From Octopus vulgaris (Eukaryota): DNA of 64,000 nucleotides. A program made the position numbers and the translations under genes. The notes beneath the pieces are model-generated. The model was not told the origin of the DNA. It saw only the letters and a list, made by a program, of their open reading frames with translations, and did no database searches. The DNA lies in assembly GCA_951406725.2 (NCBI GenBank), contig OX597815.1, forward strand, positions 160,580,001 through 160,644,000. Direction: 5' to 3'. Each line of letters starts with the position of its first letter. The first letter of the stretch is position 1. Below, piece after piece: positions 14,466-27,230 of this stretch.

Positions 14466-14620
14466 GCTTCTTTCATTTTCTGTCTACCAAATCCAATCAC
14501 AAGGCTTTCGTTGGCCCGAAGCTATAGTAGAAGACACTTGCCCTAGGTGTCATGCAGTGAGACTGAACCCGGAACCATGTGGTTGGTAAGCAAGCTACTT
14601 ACCACACAGCCATTCCTACA
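14208..14620 (-). mobile_element. SINE family A, near full length
   Basis: High similarity to the 5722 and 28190 copies; A/B boxes on minus. Confidence 0.9.
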
Positions 14621-15230
14621 TCTATGAAAAAAAGCTAAAAAAAATGTTCAATCAGTTAATGGAGTAGTTGCTTGAGTATTTGGGATACTTTTATCATGTA
14701 TTGTCTCCACTAGAGATGTTGTCAGCTTCACTGTTTTTGCAATATGGCTGGGCTTTTATCCTACATAAAAACCTTTGTAAAACATTAAGTATAACATCCA
14801 ACATAATCCCTTTATGACACCTTTTTTTCACACAACAACTTTCCATTATCCTCGATTGGCTTTTCTAGTCATCTTGAATACGAGTAAGGCACTATACCAT
14901 ACCCTTGTAAAAGTTAAATCTCACAGTGGTGCTGATAGGCATGAAATCCATCAAGCAATCCATAGAAAGCAAACCACACAGCAATGCTGTTAAGCTGATA
15001 GAATAGAATTCCATACCAAATATAAAATATTTGAAGAATTGGAAAATTCCACTTGTGCTTGATTAACTTGTTGATATAGTTCCAGCCTAATATTTTAAGG
15101 TCTAAGGAAGATAACTCTTTTACCTTTTTACTTTTTAGTTTTCTGTTTTCGTATTCTATCTGCTGCCTTCTCAGTTTTTTTGCATTTCTTCTCCTATTCA
15201 AATTTTTTAGTTTGTTATGATATGCATTTT

Positions 15231-15283
15231 GTGCCTGAAGAATATGTTTGAGATTTCTCAAAATATGAAACTATTAGTAGCAT
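15231..15283 (+). ncRNA. Type I hammerhead ribozyme
   Basis: GUGC-CUGAAGA-AUAU(g)UUUGAG auuu CUCAAA AUAU-GAAA-CUAUUAG-UA/GCAU; AATAAA about 25 nt downstream. Confidence 0.75.
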
Positions 15284-15496
15284 TTAAAGACAGGTATTGT
15301 GTCCTTTAAATAAATAATATTTATCTCTCACCAGATGGAGTACTTTATTTTGTTGAATTTTCTATCATGGAACAGTACATTATAAACATATATACAATGA
15401 TAACAACAATCTTAGGATATATAAGCATTTAATGCATCCAAAGATTATTATTATTATTATTATATTTATCTTACATTATATCAATATAACTCCATG

Positions 15497-15521
15497 CAAC
15501 CCCGAAAAACGGGCTCACTAG
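15497..15521 (+). mobile_element. Helitron 3' terminus
   Basis: Hairpin CCCG-aaaaa-CGGG followed by CTAG|T. Confidence 0.5.
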
Positions 15522-15603
15522 TCAGTATCATTAGGCAATGGCTGGCATAATGGAATAAAAACTTTATTTGCATATTCAAAATGTTACCATAAACAAATTT
15601 AAA

Positions 15604-15639
<36 letters not shown>

Positions 15640-15667
15640 AGATATATATATACACACACACACACAA

Positions 15668-15705
<38 letters not shown>

Positions 15706-15844
15706 TATACATACATATATACACACATATATATATAATATATACATACATACATATATGTATGTATATATATGTATATATATATATATACTAGATATAT
15801 ATATATATCTAGTATATATATATATATAAATATATATATATATA

Positions 15845-16025
15845 CTAGATGTTCATGCTGTGACCCATTGGATCATAGCCTCTCCAAGTTGAAAATGTTG
15901 ATGTGCAGTGGGAAAAGACAAAATACTATTCTGAACTTCTTGCAATAAAATTCTTAAATAATACAGTTCGCCTGCTTTTGGTATGACAACATAAACATGA
16001 CCAAGTGGTTCTTCTTTGAAAACGT
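15845..16025 (-). mobile_element. Deleted Helitron: RepHel fragment joined to the 3' terminus
   Basis: Minus ORF LGHVYVVIPKAGELYYLRILL resembles the conserved RepHel segment IGRxxxVxPxxGExYYLRxLL; then hairpin GCTATGATCC-aat-GGGTCACAGC and CTAG|T. Confidence 0.8.
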
Positions 16026-16162
16026 TCAAATGACCTTCTTCCAACCCATGGAAAGTGGACGTTAAATGATGATGATGATGATGATGATTTTATATATATA
16101 TATATACACACACATAGATACACACAGACACACACAGACACAGACACACACACACACACACA

Positions 16163-16356
16163 TATTGAGCAAAAGGAGGCAGTCAGAATTTTGGATAATT
16201 CTTTATTAGCACTTTCGTCCATTAACTGAACACGTCCAGGCAAAAATTAAAACCAAAACTATTTTGTTTTAATTTTTGTCTTGAAGAGTTCTGTTAACAA
16301 ATGAAAGCGCTAATAAAGACTTATCCAAAATTCTGATTACTTCCTTTTTCTCAATA
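16163..16356. repeat. Imperfect palindrome, about 90-bp arms, between microsatellites
   Basis: ATTGAG..TCAGAATTTTGGATAA..CTTTATTAGC mirrored by GCTAATAAAG..TTATCCAAAATTCTGA..CTCAAT. Confidence 0.85.
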
Positions 16357-17346
16357 TACAGTATCTGTACACCACTTTAAACACTCTTTACATGCATTTA
16401 AATATATATATATACATGCATATATATACACACATATATACATATATAAATATGTATATATAGATATATATAGATATATATATATATACATATATATACA
16501 CGTATAAATATATATACATATATATATACACATATATACATGTATGCACACACACAGTTTTTGTTTTAAAATTAAAATTAGCTTGCGGTTGCATAAAATT
16601 GAATCACTGGCCATATCCTGTAATTATACTGGTCATGCATTACAATTTCCTTAAGTGTTGGAGCCTGTAACCAGAATATCCTTAAAGTAAGGAATCCTTG
16701 TACTTTCTTCACCAGTCATTGATTTAGTCATTTAATAAATTTATTCATCTACATGTCATTCAGAATATTCTAATCTACTGGTACTTAATTTATATTTAAC
16801 ATAAATACATACATACATACACATACACCTATATATATATATATCTCATATAACATTCTTCAATACACAAATTATTGAATAGTTATTGATCTATATATCT
16901 TTAATTTTACATTAGTGTAAATGTCATTCATGCAACAGTGATTAAATAGAGTCAATAATGTTCCTTTTACTCTTTTGAAATGTGAAAGTATCTATCAATG
17001 GTTTATTAAGTCTTGATATAATTTGATGTACATTTATATTTATGTCATCGGATATATATCAATTTATTTATTATTAGATATACATTGATCTATATATCAG
17101 TCGGTTATTCATTCTAAAAACACTATTTATTCTACCCATTAGTCAGTATGTAATTATATATGTGTGTATGTGAGTGTGTGTATGCATATACACACACACA
17201 ATATAGGTATATTATGTACGTATGCATATATCCACACATAGATCCATACTATATGAGTGTTTGTGTGTGTGTGTGTAAAAATACACACACAGATATATAC
17301 ACACATATATATACATATATATATATAAATATTTTATATATACACA

Positions 17347-17419
<73 letters not shown>

Positions 17420-17554
17420 TATGGTATATATATGTGTGTATAGATATTAGGTATGGTATATGCGTGTATGTATATATATATATATATATATACACAGACA
17501 CACATACATGCACCCGGACAACACAAACACGTGCACATGCACACACACACACAT

Positions 17555-17596
<42 letters not shown>

Positions 17597-18174
17597 TGTT
17601 TTGCATGGTAATGAAGTGTTTCAAAACTTAGTAAATCTTAATGTAAAATTCAATGACATCTAAAAGCACAAATTTATTTAAATGTAGAGAGAAGAAAAGA
17701 TTTAAATTTTGGTTTCATGTTTTGCAATGAATAGCTTTTAATCAAATGAATTTTCCCCCATTTTTACAATATAAGACCTACTTTCCATATGACTTACCAA
17801 TGAATATGGACATGTTTTAAATATATTTCTATTTTATTCATTTTTATTATACAAGTATGAGACATGAAATTATTTACATGAATTGTATTTGAATTCAATC
17901 ACAAATCAATGGATGATATAATAAAAACTATAATCTTTAATATAAGATAATCTCTGCTAAAGACTGCCTTAAGAATTGAACACAGTGCTACAAATTAACA
18001 AAACCATCATTTTAATCAAGATGGAGGAAGCCTCTGTTTTGTAGCTCAAACTTAAAGAAAAAATTTTTAACAAAATCCACTTCAAATTACTTATAGCCAT
18101 CTTAAAAATACAAAGGGATTAATCAGTAAGGTAGTTCTAGATATATCATATCTATTACAGCATCAGTTCGTTGT

Positions 18175-18660
18175 TACTGTGTGCTGGTTTGCATGTCTCA
18201 ATGATCCAGAGAGTTATACCAGTAGGTATTGCTCTCTGGCTAGTGCCTACCATGCTGGACAGAGCAAAGGATAGTGACCATACTAATACGGACCACCAGA
18301 GGTAAAAAAGTGTCTTGCTTGGGACGAACAGAAAATAAAAAGTAATGTTATAGAATTATTGGTGACAATTCAAAATTAACAAAACCTAGGAGAGGAAGGC
18401 CTTCCCTCAGGGAAACATATGATGCAATGTAGCAAAATCTGAAAGAAAACCAGCATCCTGCATCACATGTCAAGAACTGGAACCCACAAGGGAGGGAGAA
18501 GAGAAAACCTTCTAAAAATAATCGGAGACAGGATGCTAAAGCAGAAGTGAAAAAGAAGGTACCCAAAAGGAGAGAACCAGAAAAGACAATCCAGGTTTGA
18601 GAACAATGACAATGGCCAATGCTCCATAGAGAGTGGGGAGCTTAAGAAGAAGATAAGATA
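18175..18660 (+). mobile_element. Bipartite, internally deleted RTE derivative
   Basis: 5' part GGTTTGCATGTCTCAATGATCCAGAGAGTTATACC..CTGGCTAGTGCCTACCATGCTGGACAG resembles RTE 5'UTRs; 3' part encodes NWNPQGREKRKP..; (AAG) tail. Confidence 0.55.
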
Positions 18661-18780
18661 TATTGTATTTGATGATCATGGCTGACCTGTGAGAACTTCT
18701 AAGCTGCATCGTCTACAGTCTTTATTAATATACAGTGCTCCTTATAGAACACCTAATAAAAGTTACATGAACTCCTTAAT

Positions 18781-19260
18781 CATCATCATCATCATCATCA
18801 TCATCATTGTTTAACATCCACTTTCCATGCTAGCATAAGTTGAACGATTTGACTGAGGACTGGTGAACCAGATGGCTGCACCAGGCTCCAATCTTGATCT
18901 GGCAGAGTTTCTACAGCTGGATGCCCTTCCTAACGCCAAAAACTCTGAGAGTGTAGTGGTTGCTTTTACATGCCACCGGCACAGGGGCCAGTCAGGCGGT
19001 ACTGGCAATGGCCACGCTGAAATGGTGTTTTTTTACATGCCACCTACACAGGAGCTAGTCCAGCGGCACTGGCAACGACCTTGCTCGAATGTTTTTTCAT
19101 GAGCCACCAGCACAAGTGCCAGTAAGGCGACACTGGTAATGATCACACTTGAATGGTGCTTTTTATGTGCCCCTGGCACAGAAGCCAGTTAGCTGCTCTG
19201 GCAATGATCACGCTCGGATGGTGCTCTTAGCTCTCCACTAGCATGGATGCCACTCATCGA
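18781..19260 (-). mobile_element. RTE 3' UTR with about 70-bp internal subrepeats and (GAT)n tail
   Basis: Repeated TTTTACATGCCACC.GCACAG..GCCAGT..GGC..ACTGGCAA units; shared with 26960-27230. Confidence 0.75.
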
Positions 19261-20564
19261 ATTTTAATCAAAATCAAATTCGATGACTACCTGTTAATAG
19301 TAATCGTGATGTGAATAGTTTGCACATTGTTACAGTATAATACGAATGACAGGATAAAAAAAGAACTATTGGTAAAAATAATTCCATTTGTCTAAATAGT
19401 AAAGATACATGGCTTAGTGGTTAGCGTGTTGCACTCTTGATTGTAAGATTGTGGTTTCGATTCCTGAACCAAATAATGCACTGTGCTTTGGAGCAAAACA
19501 CTTACCTCTCTCCCAAGTTGCAGGCCTTGTGCCAAAATTTGAAGCCTGTATTATAAATTTAACTAAGGTGGTGAGCTGGCAGAGTCATTACTGCTCCAGG
19601 TCTGCTTTGCTTTTCATCCTTTTAGTGGGTAATAAAGTAAGTACCAGTTAATCATTATCCCTGACCCTGAAATTGCTGGCCTTGTGCCAACATTTGAAAC
19701 CTGCATTATGAACTTATAAGCTCAAAGTTCTCCAATAATTTGTGGATTACCAGTAATTTGTGGACGACCAGGTTTAGAAACTGCTAAATCCAAATGATAG
19801 TTAGATTAATGATAATTTGAATATGCTAGAAGCTGCACAGCAAAGCAAATTTTGAAGAGTAAAATAGATATTTTTCATTTATTTGACTAAAGACAAAAAC
19901 ATTATATAGTAATAATAATAATGATAATAATTCTATCTGTTATAGGCACAAGGCCTGAAATTTTGGGGAAATGTTTCACTGGTACTTAATTTATTGACTT
20001 TGAAGGGATGAAATGTAAAGTCGATGTTGGTAGAAACTGAACTCAGAAAATAAGGCCAGCATGCTAATGATTCTGCTAGCTCACCACCTTAATAATAATA
20101 ATAGTAATAACAATAATGGTTTCAAATTTTGACACAATGCTAGCAATTTTAGGGGAGAGGTAAGTCGATTATGTCGAACCCAGTACTCAACTAGTACTTT
20201 TTTTATTGACCCCAGAATGATGAAAGGCAAAATTGACCTCAGCAGAATTTGAACACAGAACGTGAAGACATGAAATGCTAAGCATTTTGTCTGGAATTTC
20301 GTCTGTCATTATGTTTTGAATTCTAATAATAAAATGCCAAAACATGAATGAATGAAAAATAATCAGAATAATAATGAGAATAGCTAACTTAGTTTATACC
20401 AAAAGGTGCAAAAACAAATGCAAAAAATATTCCATTACACTTTTGCTTGTTTTAGTCATCTGACTATGGCCATGCTAGAGCACTGCCAAATAAAAAAATA
20501 CATATGTAATAACTATATAAATAAAAAATATATAGCAAATCATAGAACTCCTTTTCCATTTTAG

Positions 20565-20832
20565 GTCTTGCGTGATTGGAAAGATTTCTTGAAAAATACA
20601 CAAAAACACCTTTCCAATTTATAAACATTCTTGACAACAAAAAATCTCAAAAATACAAAAAAAAAAAGACTTGGAATAAATAACTGCTGTAGAACAACAA
20701 TGTATTGTGGATCAGATTTTGATGCTGGCCCAAAGGTTATTAACATAGTTGCAGTGTCAAACATAACAGATGAGAGAGCAACAGTTTCTTTCTCAAAAAC
20801 ATTGCTGAGTCTTTTGACAATCCTGATTTTAG
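20565..20832 (+). other. Candidate exon of an unidentified host transcript
   Basis: Acceptor cttttccattttAG|G, donor TTAG|GTGAGA; ACAACAATG at 20700 opens MYCGSDFDAGPKVINIVAVSNITDERATVSFSKTLLSLLTILIL; all frames closed in the 5' part. Confidence 0.3.
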
Positions 20833-20944
20833 GTGAGATTAGGAAAAAGGAGGAAATTATGTAATAGATTAACTGGAATGACTATATCTGTGTATACCTT
20901 TGAATGTATATAAATGTATGTGTGTGCGTGTGTGCATGTGTATC

Positions 20945-20977
<33 letters not shown>

Positions 20978-21127
20978 ATATAATATATTAATGAATTTAT
21001 GTGTGCATGTGTATATCTTTATGTGTGTACACATGCCAGCATGGAAAACAAACATTAAAGGATGATTACAATGATGATAATGATATATGAATATATACAT
21101 ACATATATATTTATATATATGTATATG

Positions 21128-21173
<46 letters not shown>

Positions 21174-22409
21174 CATACATATATATACTTATATATATAT
21201 ATTTACATACATTTAGATAGTATTCATGTGTGATTTATATAGAATATTAGAGGAAGCTATTTCCATGCGTATATAGAAAGAGAAACAAGCATATACAGCA
21301 TCAGGAAATGAGACAAAAGCAGCCTGAACAGACACCAAAAGGGTAAGAAACGGAAAGAGTAAAAGGGAAGAAGAAGAAGAAGAAGAAAAAGAAGAAGAAG
21401 AAGAAGAAGAAGAAGAGAAAATAGAATGAGAAACAGATAAATTGGAAGAAAGAGAGCAGAGAAAGGGAGTGTGAGAGAGAGAGAGAGACACTAATAGAGG
21501 CTCAGAAGCACAGAAGCAATTAGGGAAAGTAAATTTTAAAAAAATATATATATCATTTGCATAGATAAGATGGGAAAATGACATGGTGAGTGATAAAGAT
21601 GGGGACACATAGGCAGACAGACATGCAGTCATGCAGACAGGTTTACGTTCTGAGAGAGCCAGATTGGAAGTGAATATAAGGAAGAAATGATTCTAAAAAG
21701 GGAGAGGATGAAGCATGTAGAATTAAAAGGAACAGATCAGCATGTGTGGTGTATCAAGAATAAAAAAATAAAAAGATGAGATTCTTTTTCTGATGTGTGG
21801 TTTATAAAAGATATAAAGAACAAGAAATTTTTTTTCCAGTTTAAAGAGTCTTTAGTATTGAGACATTTGGTTAATTTTTTTTCATTTTTTTTTTTGGAAC
21901 CGAAAGAAACATTGGTTTAAAATCTAATATTTTGGGTTTTTATTTTTATTTTATTTTTTTTTTTTTTTTCACTTTCTAGCATGTATTTAGAGAAGAATAA
22001 CATCATTGGTTTCCAATGTGCCAATCACTGCCTTTCCAGTGCTCAGAGTGACAAAGAAGTGTTTGCGTAACTGGTGTAGGATAAATACCCCAAAGCAATG
22101 CAGCGTATTTTTGCTGAATTACACTTAGATATAAATATGTCAGGTGGCATGTTGCATCCTTGAGCAAGGTTTTTCATTTCATTTTGCTCCACACTACTCA
22201 AATGAAATGAATATGAGCATCAGCTGTATGTGAATGAATCTCTTTCCAGCAGTTAGATTGTCGATGATCTACTGCGTCAAAAGTGGGAGGGCCAACAACT
22301 GGTTTATATTTTGAAATATCATAAATGAGAAAGGTCTTGTGTAATGGGTGCATTTCTTATTTATTATGCAGTATTTTGTTTGATTTCATTACTACAATTT
22401 ATATCCTCC

Positions 22410-23640
22410 TCCTCCTCATCATCATCATTTAACATCTGTTTTTCCATGCTGGCATGGGTTGAATGGCTTGACCAGAGTTAGCAAGCCAGATAGCTGCACC
22501 AGGCTCCAGTCTGATATGGTGTGGTTTCTACAGCCAAATGCCCTTCCTAATGCAAGCCACTTTACAGAGTGTGGTGGGTGCTTTTTATGTGGCACTGCAC
22601 AAGCAGTTTTACATAGCACCAGCACAAGTGCTTTGTATGTGGCACTGGTACATGATTTTTGCAGGCCAATTCCCTTCACTAGGGGAAGAGGCCTTAACAC
22701 TTCTGCTGTGGAGTACAGGACATCTTGTGTACAGCAAGGTGCCAGGTATTTTAGTAATTTGTCATCTTGTCTCAAAGGTTCAGCATCCTCCGTCCTTCAG
22801 TACTTTGTTCCATGTCTTCTTTGGTCTCCCTTTTCCATATTTCATCTACTTTGAGAAACTGGCAGTTCTTTATGGAGCTGTTGGCATCCATCCCCATCAC
22901 ATGACCAAACCAGTGCAGTCTTCTCTCTTGCACACTGCATTTAATTCCTCTTGTGCCTAACTTCTCTCTCAATACACTAACACTCTGTCGAATATGTACA
23001 CTTACATTACACATCCTAGTCTCATTCCTCTCTAACCTTCGCATGTCCTCTACATTCAGGGCCCACATCTCACTACTATGTCAAATTGTCTGTATACATG
23101 CATCATACAATCTTCCTTTCACTCAGAGAGAGAAACCTTTCATAGCCAACAGAGGTAAAAGCTCTCTGAATTTCCTCCAGTCTAGTCTTATTCTAGCTAT
23201 TACACCCTCTGTACATCCCCCCCACTACTAATTTGATCCCCTAGGTAGCAGAAATTATCCACAACTCCTTATGAGCCACCAGGGCATTTGGGAGAAACAA
23301 TTCCTCAAGTATCTGTAGTTTTTATGGCTCCTTTCCATCTTCCACAAATGAACTCTTTCTCTGATAACCTTCCTATTATCCCACTGCACCTCTTGTGTGT
23401 CTAAAGTTTACACTGGGTACATTGTATGGAATTCCTGCCTACACCTTTCCTACAAATCAAGCAGGGTCACCTACCTGAAGAATGTAGGGTCCTGTCTGTA
23501 TTCTTGCTAATTAAGACCTTAGTCTTGCAGTTGATTGACTATGAAAATAGCATCTGAAGTGCTTCTCTCCAGGACAAAGCCAAACTGAATTTTGTCTAAC
23601 CTAATTCTGCTCCTAATTAATTGGGCTATAACTCTCTCTG
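22410..23640 (-). mobile_element. RTE LINE 3' portion (pseudogenised)
   Basis: WALNVEDMRRLERNE..CNVSVH..LREKLG..RRLHWFGHVM; PHD-like C/H motif near 23330-23470; 3'UTR with (GAT)n tail. Confidence 0.9.
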
Positions 23641-23660
23641 TAATATATATGTGTGTTTTA

Positions 23661-23706
<46 letters not shown>

Positions 23707-23764
23707 CAGGGAAAATTTCAATTTAGTATTAAATCAAATTTCCCAATATAAATATATAATATAT

Positions 23765-24060
23765 ATAAATTAGAGAAAAACCACTATTATGTAATTCAAA
23801 CAATGATAGACATAAACCATATCATAAAGAAAAAATAAAATATATTATAAAACATATATCTAGATTACAAAAAGTACCAAAAAATGAATAAACATTATTA
23901 TATATTTATTATTATATACTTATTATATAGTGTTTATTCATTTTTTTGTACTTTTTGTGATCTAGATATATGTTTTATAATATATTTTATTTTTTCTATA
24001 TGATATGGTTTATGTCTATCATTGTTTGAATTACATAATAGTGGTTTTTCTCTAATTTAT
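23765..24060. repeat. Near-perfect palindrome, about 135-bp arms, in (TA)n context
   Basis: ATAAATTAGAGAAAAACCACTATTATGTAATTCAAACAATG... mirrored by ...CATTGTTTGAATTACATAATAGTGGTTTTTCTCTAATTTAT. Confidence 0.95.
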
Positions 24061-24061
24061 G

Positions 24062-24100
<39 letters not shown>

Positions 24101-25664
24101 TTCACTAATGATGTCATAAAGCTTTGTAACATAGGCACAAAGCCTGAAATTTTGGAAAGAGTATAGTCAATGTTATTGACCCCAATTTTTTTACTGGTAC
24201 TTCATTTTATCAACCCGAGAAGGATGAGAGCCTAAGATGACCTCAACAGGGTTTAAGCCTAGCAAGTAAAGAACCATAGCAAAATACTCAATAACTGTAG
24301 TCTGAATCTCTAAACATTTTGTCAATCTACCACTCTTGCTAATGAGGCCATAATAAGACTGAAACATGTCTAGAGTTATCTCTCATATCAACTGAAATAA
24401 CTAATTTTTAACATAGGTGCAATACCTTCAATTTTGGAGAGAAGAGTATATGCAATTAAAATGAACATTGAAGGATGAAAGGCAAAAGATAATGATCATA
24501 TTACTTGAAATTAGAACATAAGGGATGTAGTGAAACACTGCAAGACGTGTTGCCCAACATTCTAATGATTCTGCAGATACACTACTCTCCCAGCTGAAAT
24601 AGCTAAAATTACATCAGTCATTTATTAGTATAGGTTATACCTTTGTACATAATTATTCATAGTCAGCATTTTTTAATAGTACATACATTAAAAATAACAT
24701 TAAACTTAACTATTAGAACACTAACTATTCAACAATTATTTTTCAACGTTTGAAACATCACATGAAATTTATAAACTGATTCAGCAGCAGGAAATATTTT
24801 TGTTAAATGTTCATATTTAATATTCAAATAGATTAATAAAAAAGTATTTATTTCATAATTTAATTAATTATCTTTCGTTAGAAAATACAGCTAGCATATT
24901 TTTATGGCTTTTTTTTATCATGAAAACTACTGAAACGATAAGTATATCATATAACTTGTTCCTTTACTTTCTATGAAGAATAAGTTTTTACCTTTTACAA
25001 TTGTACATTCATTGCATCAAACTCAAAACTACTTTTGTTAAAATCTGTTTGGTAACCAGTTAGATACCGACCATCTCTCCATTTAGTGAAATTACACATG
25101 AAATATTACTCAACTATAGTTCTTTTATTCTAAAAAAAAAGTGGATGCTGCAGTTGATAGTGATTATGATGATCATATGCTAAAAGCATAGAAAAATATC
25201 TTTTAAATGTGCATAAAATGATTGCACAAATTTTCAGTAATAAAATGTGCTATACAAAAGGAATGAAGATGTCAATGGCTTTTAAATTACATTACATTTG
25301 GTAAAATTTGTTTTTGTTATTGTAGTGGTTTCATTGCATTCATGGATGTTGGAAAATGGTTTAAATATAACTGCTTTGTTCTGTTAGAATATTCGATAAA
25401 ACCAAAAAAGGACTCTTTATCTCCTTAAATCAAAGAATTAGAAAAGGATAAAGAAATATAAAATATAAAAAAGAAAATTTTGTTGGAACATGACAATAAT
25501 GGTCAGAAACAGGATTCAACATAGAGTAGGACATAACTTCTATACCTACATACTATACAGCAACGAAGTAACTGTCTTCCAATAATTTAGCTGTAAGACT
25601 AGAAAAGGAAATCAATATTAGTTATTGTCTTTAGTTTGGGAATATGAAGGGGTATCCAAAAGAA

Positions 25665-27230
25665 ACCAGAATTTTGCAATAACCAAAGTCTAAGTAAGTA
25701 GGAAGGCCAACAAATCACAAACCCCTTCAGGTAGATGGCCCTGCTTGATCTGTAGAAAAGGCATTGGTAGAAGCTCCATACGATGTACCTGGTGTATACT
25801 ATGGACACATAAAAGGTGCAGCAATATCAAAGGAAGGTTGTGGAGGCACATAGCCTATGGTTAGAGCAGCGGACTCGCAGTCAAGGGATCGTGGGCTCGA
25901 ATCTCAGACCAAGCAATGTGTGTATTTATGAGCGTAAACACCTAAGCTCCACATGGCTCCGGCAGAAGGTAATGGTGAACTTCTGATGACTCTTTCTCCA
26001 CAACTTTCTCTCACTCTTTCCTCCTGCATCTTGCAGCTCATCAGCGATGGACCGGCATTCCATCCAGGAACCTATACACCAAGAAACCAGGAAACCGGCC
26101 CTTATGAGCCAGGCATGGCTCAAGAAGGAACGAACAAAAGGAAGGTTAACCAGGAAGATAGTTTTTGTGTGCGGCAGATGCACATGGGCAATAAACACTG
26201 AAGATGTACAGAAAACAGATTCCATCACATTCCAGGGGATAAAGCTAGAAGTAGTTGATAGCTTCCGCTACCTAGGCGACCAAATCTGTAGTTGGGGTGG
26301 TTGCTCTGAGAGTGTTGCGGTTAGAATAAGAATAACCTGGGCAAAGTTCAGGGAGCTCTTACCTCTGCTGGCAACTAAGGGCCTCTTGCTCAGGATGAAA
26401 AGAAGACCGTGTGATGCATGTGTGCAAACTGTCATGCTACACGACAGTGAAACATGGGACATGACTGCAAATGACATGCATAGGCTTGAAAGAAATGAAG
26501 CTAGTGTGCTCCACTGGATGTGTAATGTCAGTGTACACACACGACAGAGTGTGAGTTAACTGAGAGAAAAGTTAGACATAAGAAGCATCAAATGTAGAGT
26601 GAAAGAGTAACAGCTGCACTGGTATGGTCATGTGTTATGTATGGATGAGGACAGCTGTGTGTGGAAGTGCCACACCCTAACTGTGGAAGGAACCTGTAGA
26701 AGTAGACCCAGAAAGACATGGGATGAGGTGGTGAAGCATGACCCTCAAACACTAGGCCTCACAGAGGCAATGACAGGAGACCAAGACCTTTGGAGATATA
26801 CTGTGATTGTGAAGACCCAGAAACTAAAGGGAAATCGCAGACATGGCCAATGCCAGTGTTGCATGTCTGGCCCATTTAAGAGTACCCTTGATATGTCAGG
26901 CGATATGACATGCTTGAGAAGACCTGTTGAGTCAAGTAAAACCAAAACCAAAATTGTAGCTGTGGCCAGTGCCCTCTGACAGGCTCTTGTGCCAGTGGCA
27001 TATAAAAAGCACTATCTGAACATGATCAATGCCATGCTCACCTGACTGGCTCCTGTGCCAGTGGCATGTAAAAAAACATCCACTACACTCTCAGAGTGGT
27101 TGTTATTAGGAAGGGCATCCAGCTGTAGAAATATTGCCAGATCAGACTGAAGCCTGATGCAGCCAGTGGCTCTCCAGACCTCAGTCAAACCGTCCAACTC
27201 ATGCCAACTAATGTCAAATGATGATGATGA
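25665..27230 (+). mobile_element. RTE LINE 3' portion interrupted by a SINE
   Basis: LEVVDSFRYLGD..RIRITWAKFRELLPLL..LERNE..WYGHV..RPRKTWDEVV; 3'UTR and (GAT)n tail. Confidence 0.9.
25839..26136 (+). mobile_element. tRNA-derived SINE (family C) with 11-bp TSD
   Basis: A-box-like TAGCCTATGG, B-box-like GGCTCGAATCT; flanked by direct repeat AAAGGAAGGTT. Confidence 0.85.

Noticed and set aside
14914-15261. 115-aa K/R-rich minus ORF
   Set aside because: TTG start, compositionally biased, overlaps a plus-strand HHR, no motif recognised
7605-17663. Many ORFs rich in YI/HT/CV repeats
   Set aside because: Translations of (TA)n/(CA)n microsatellites
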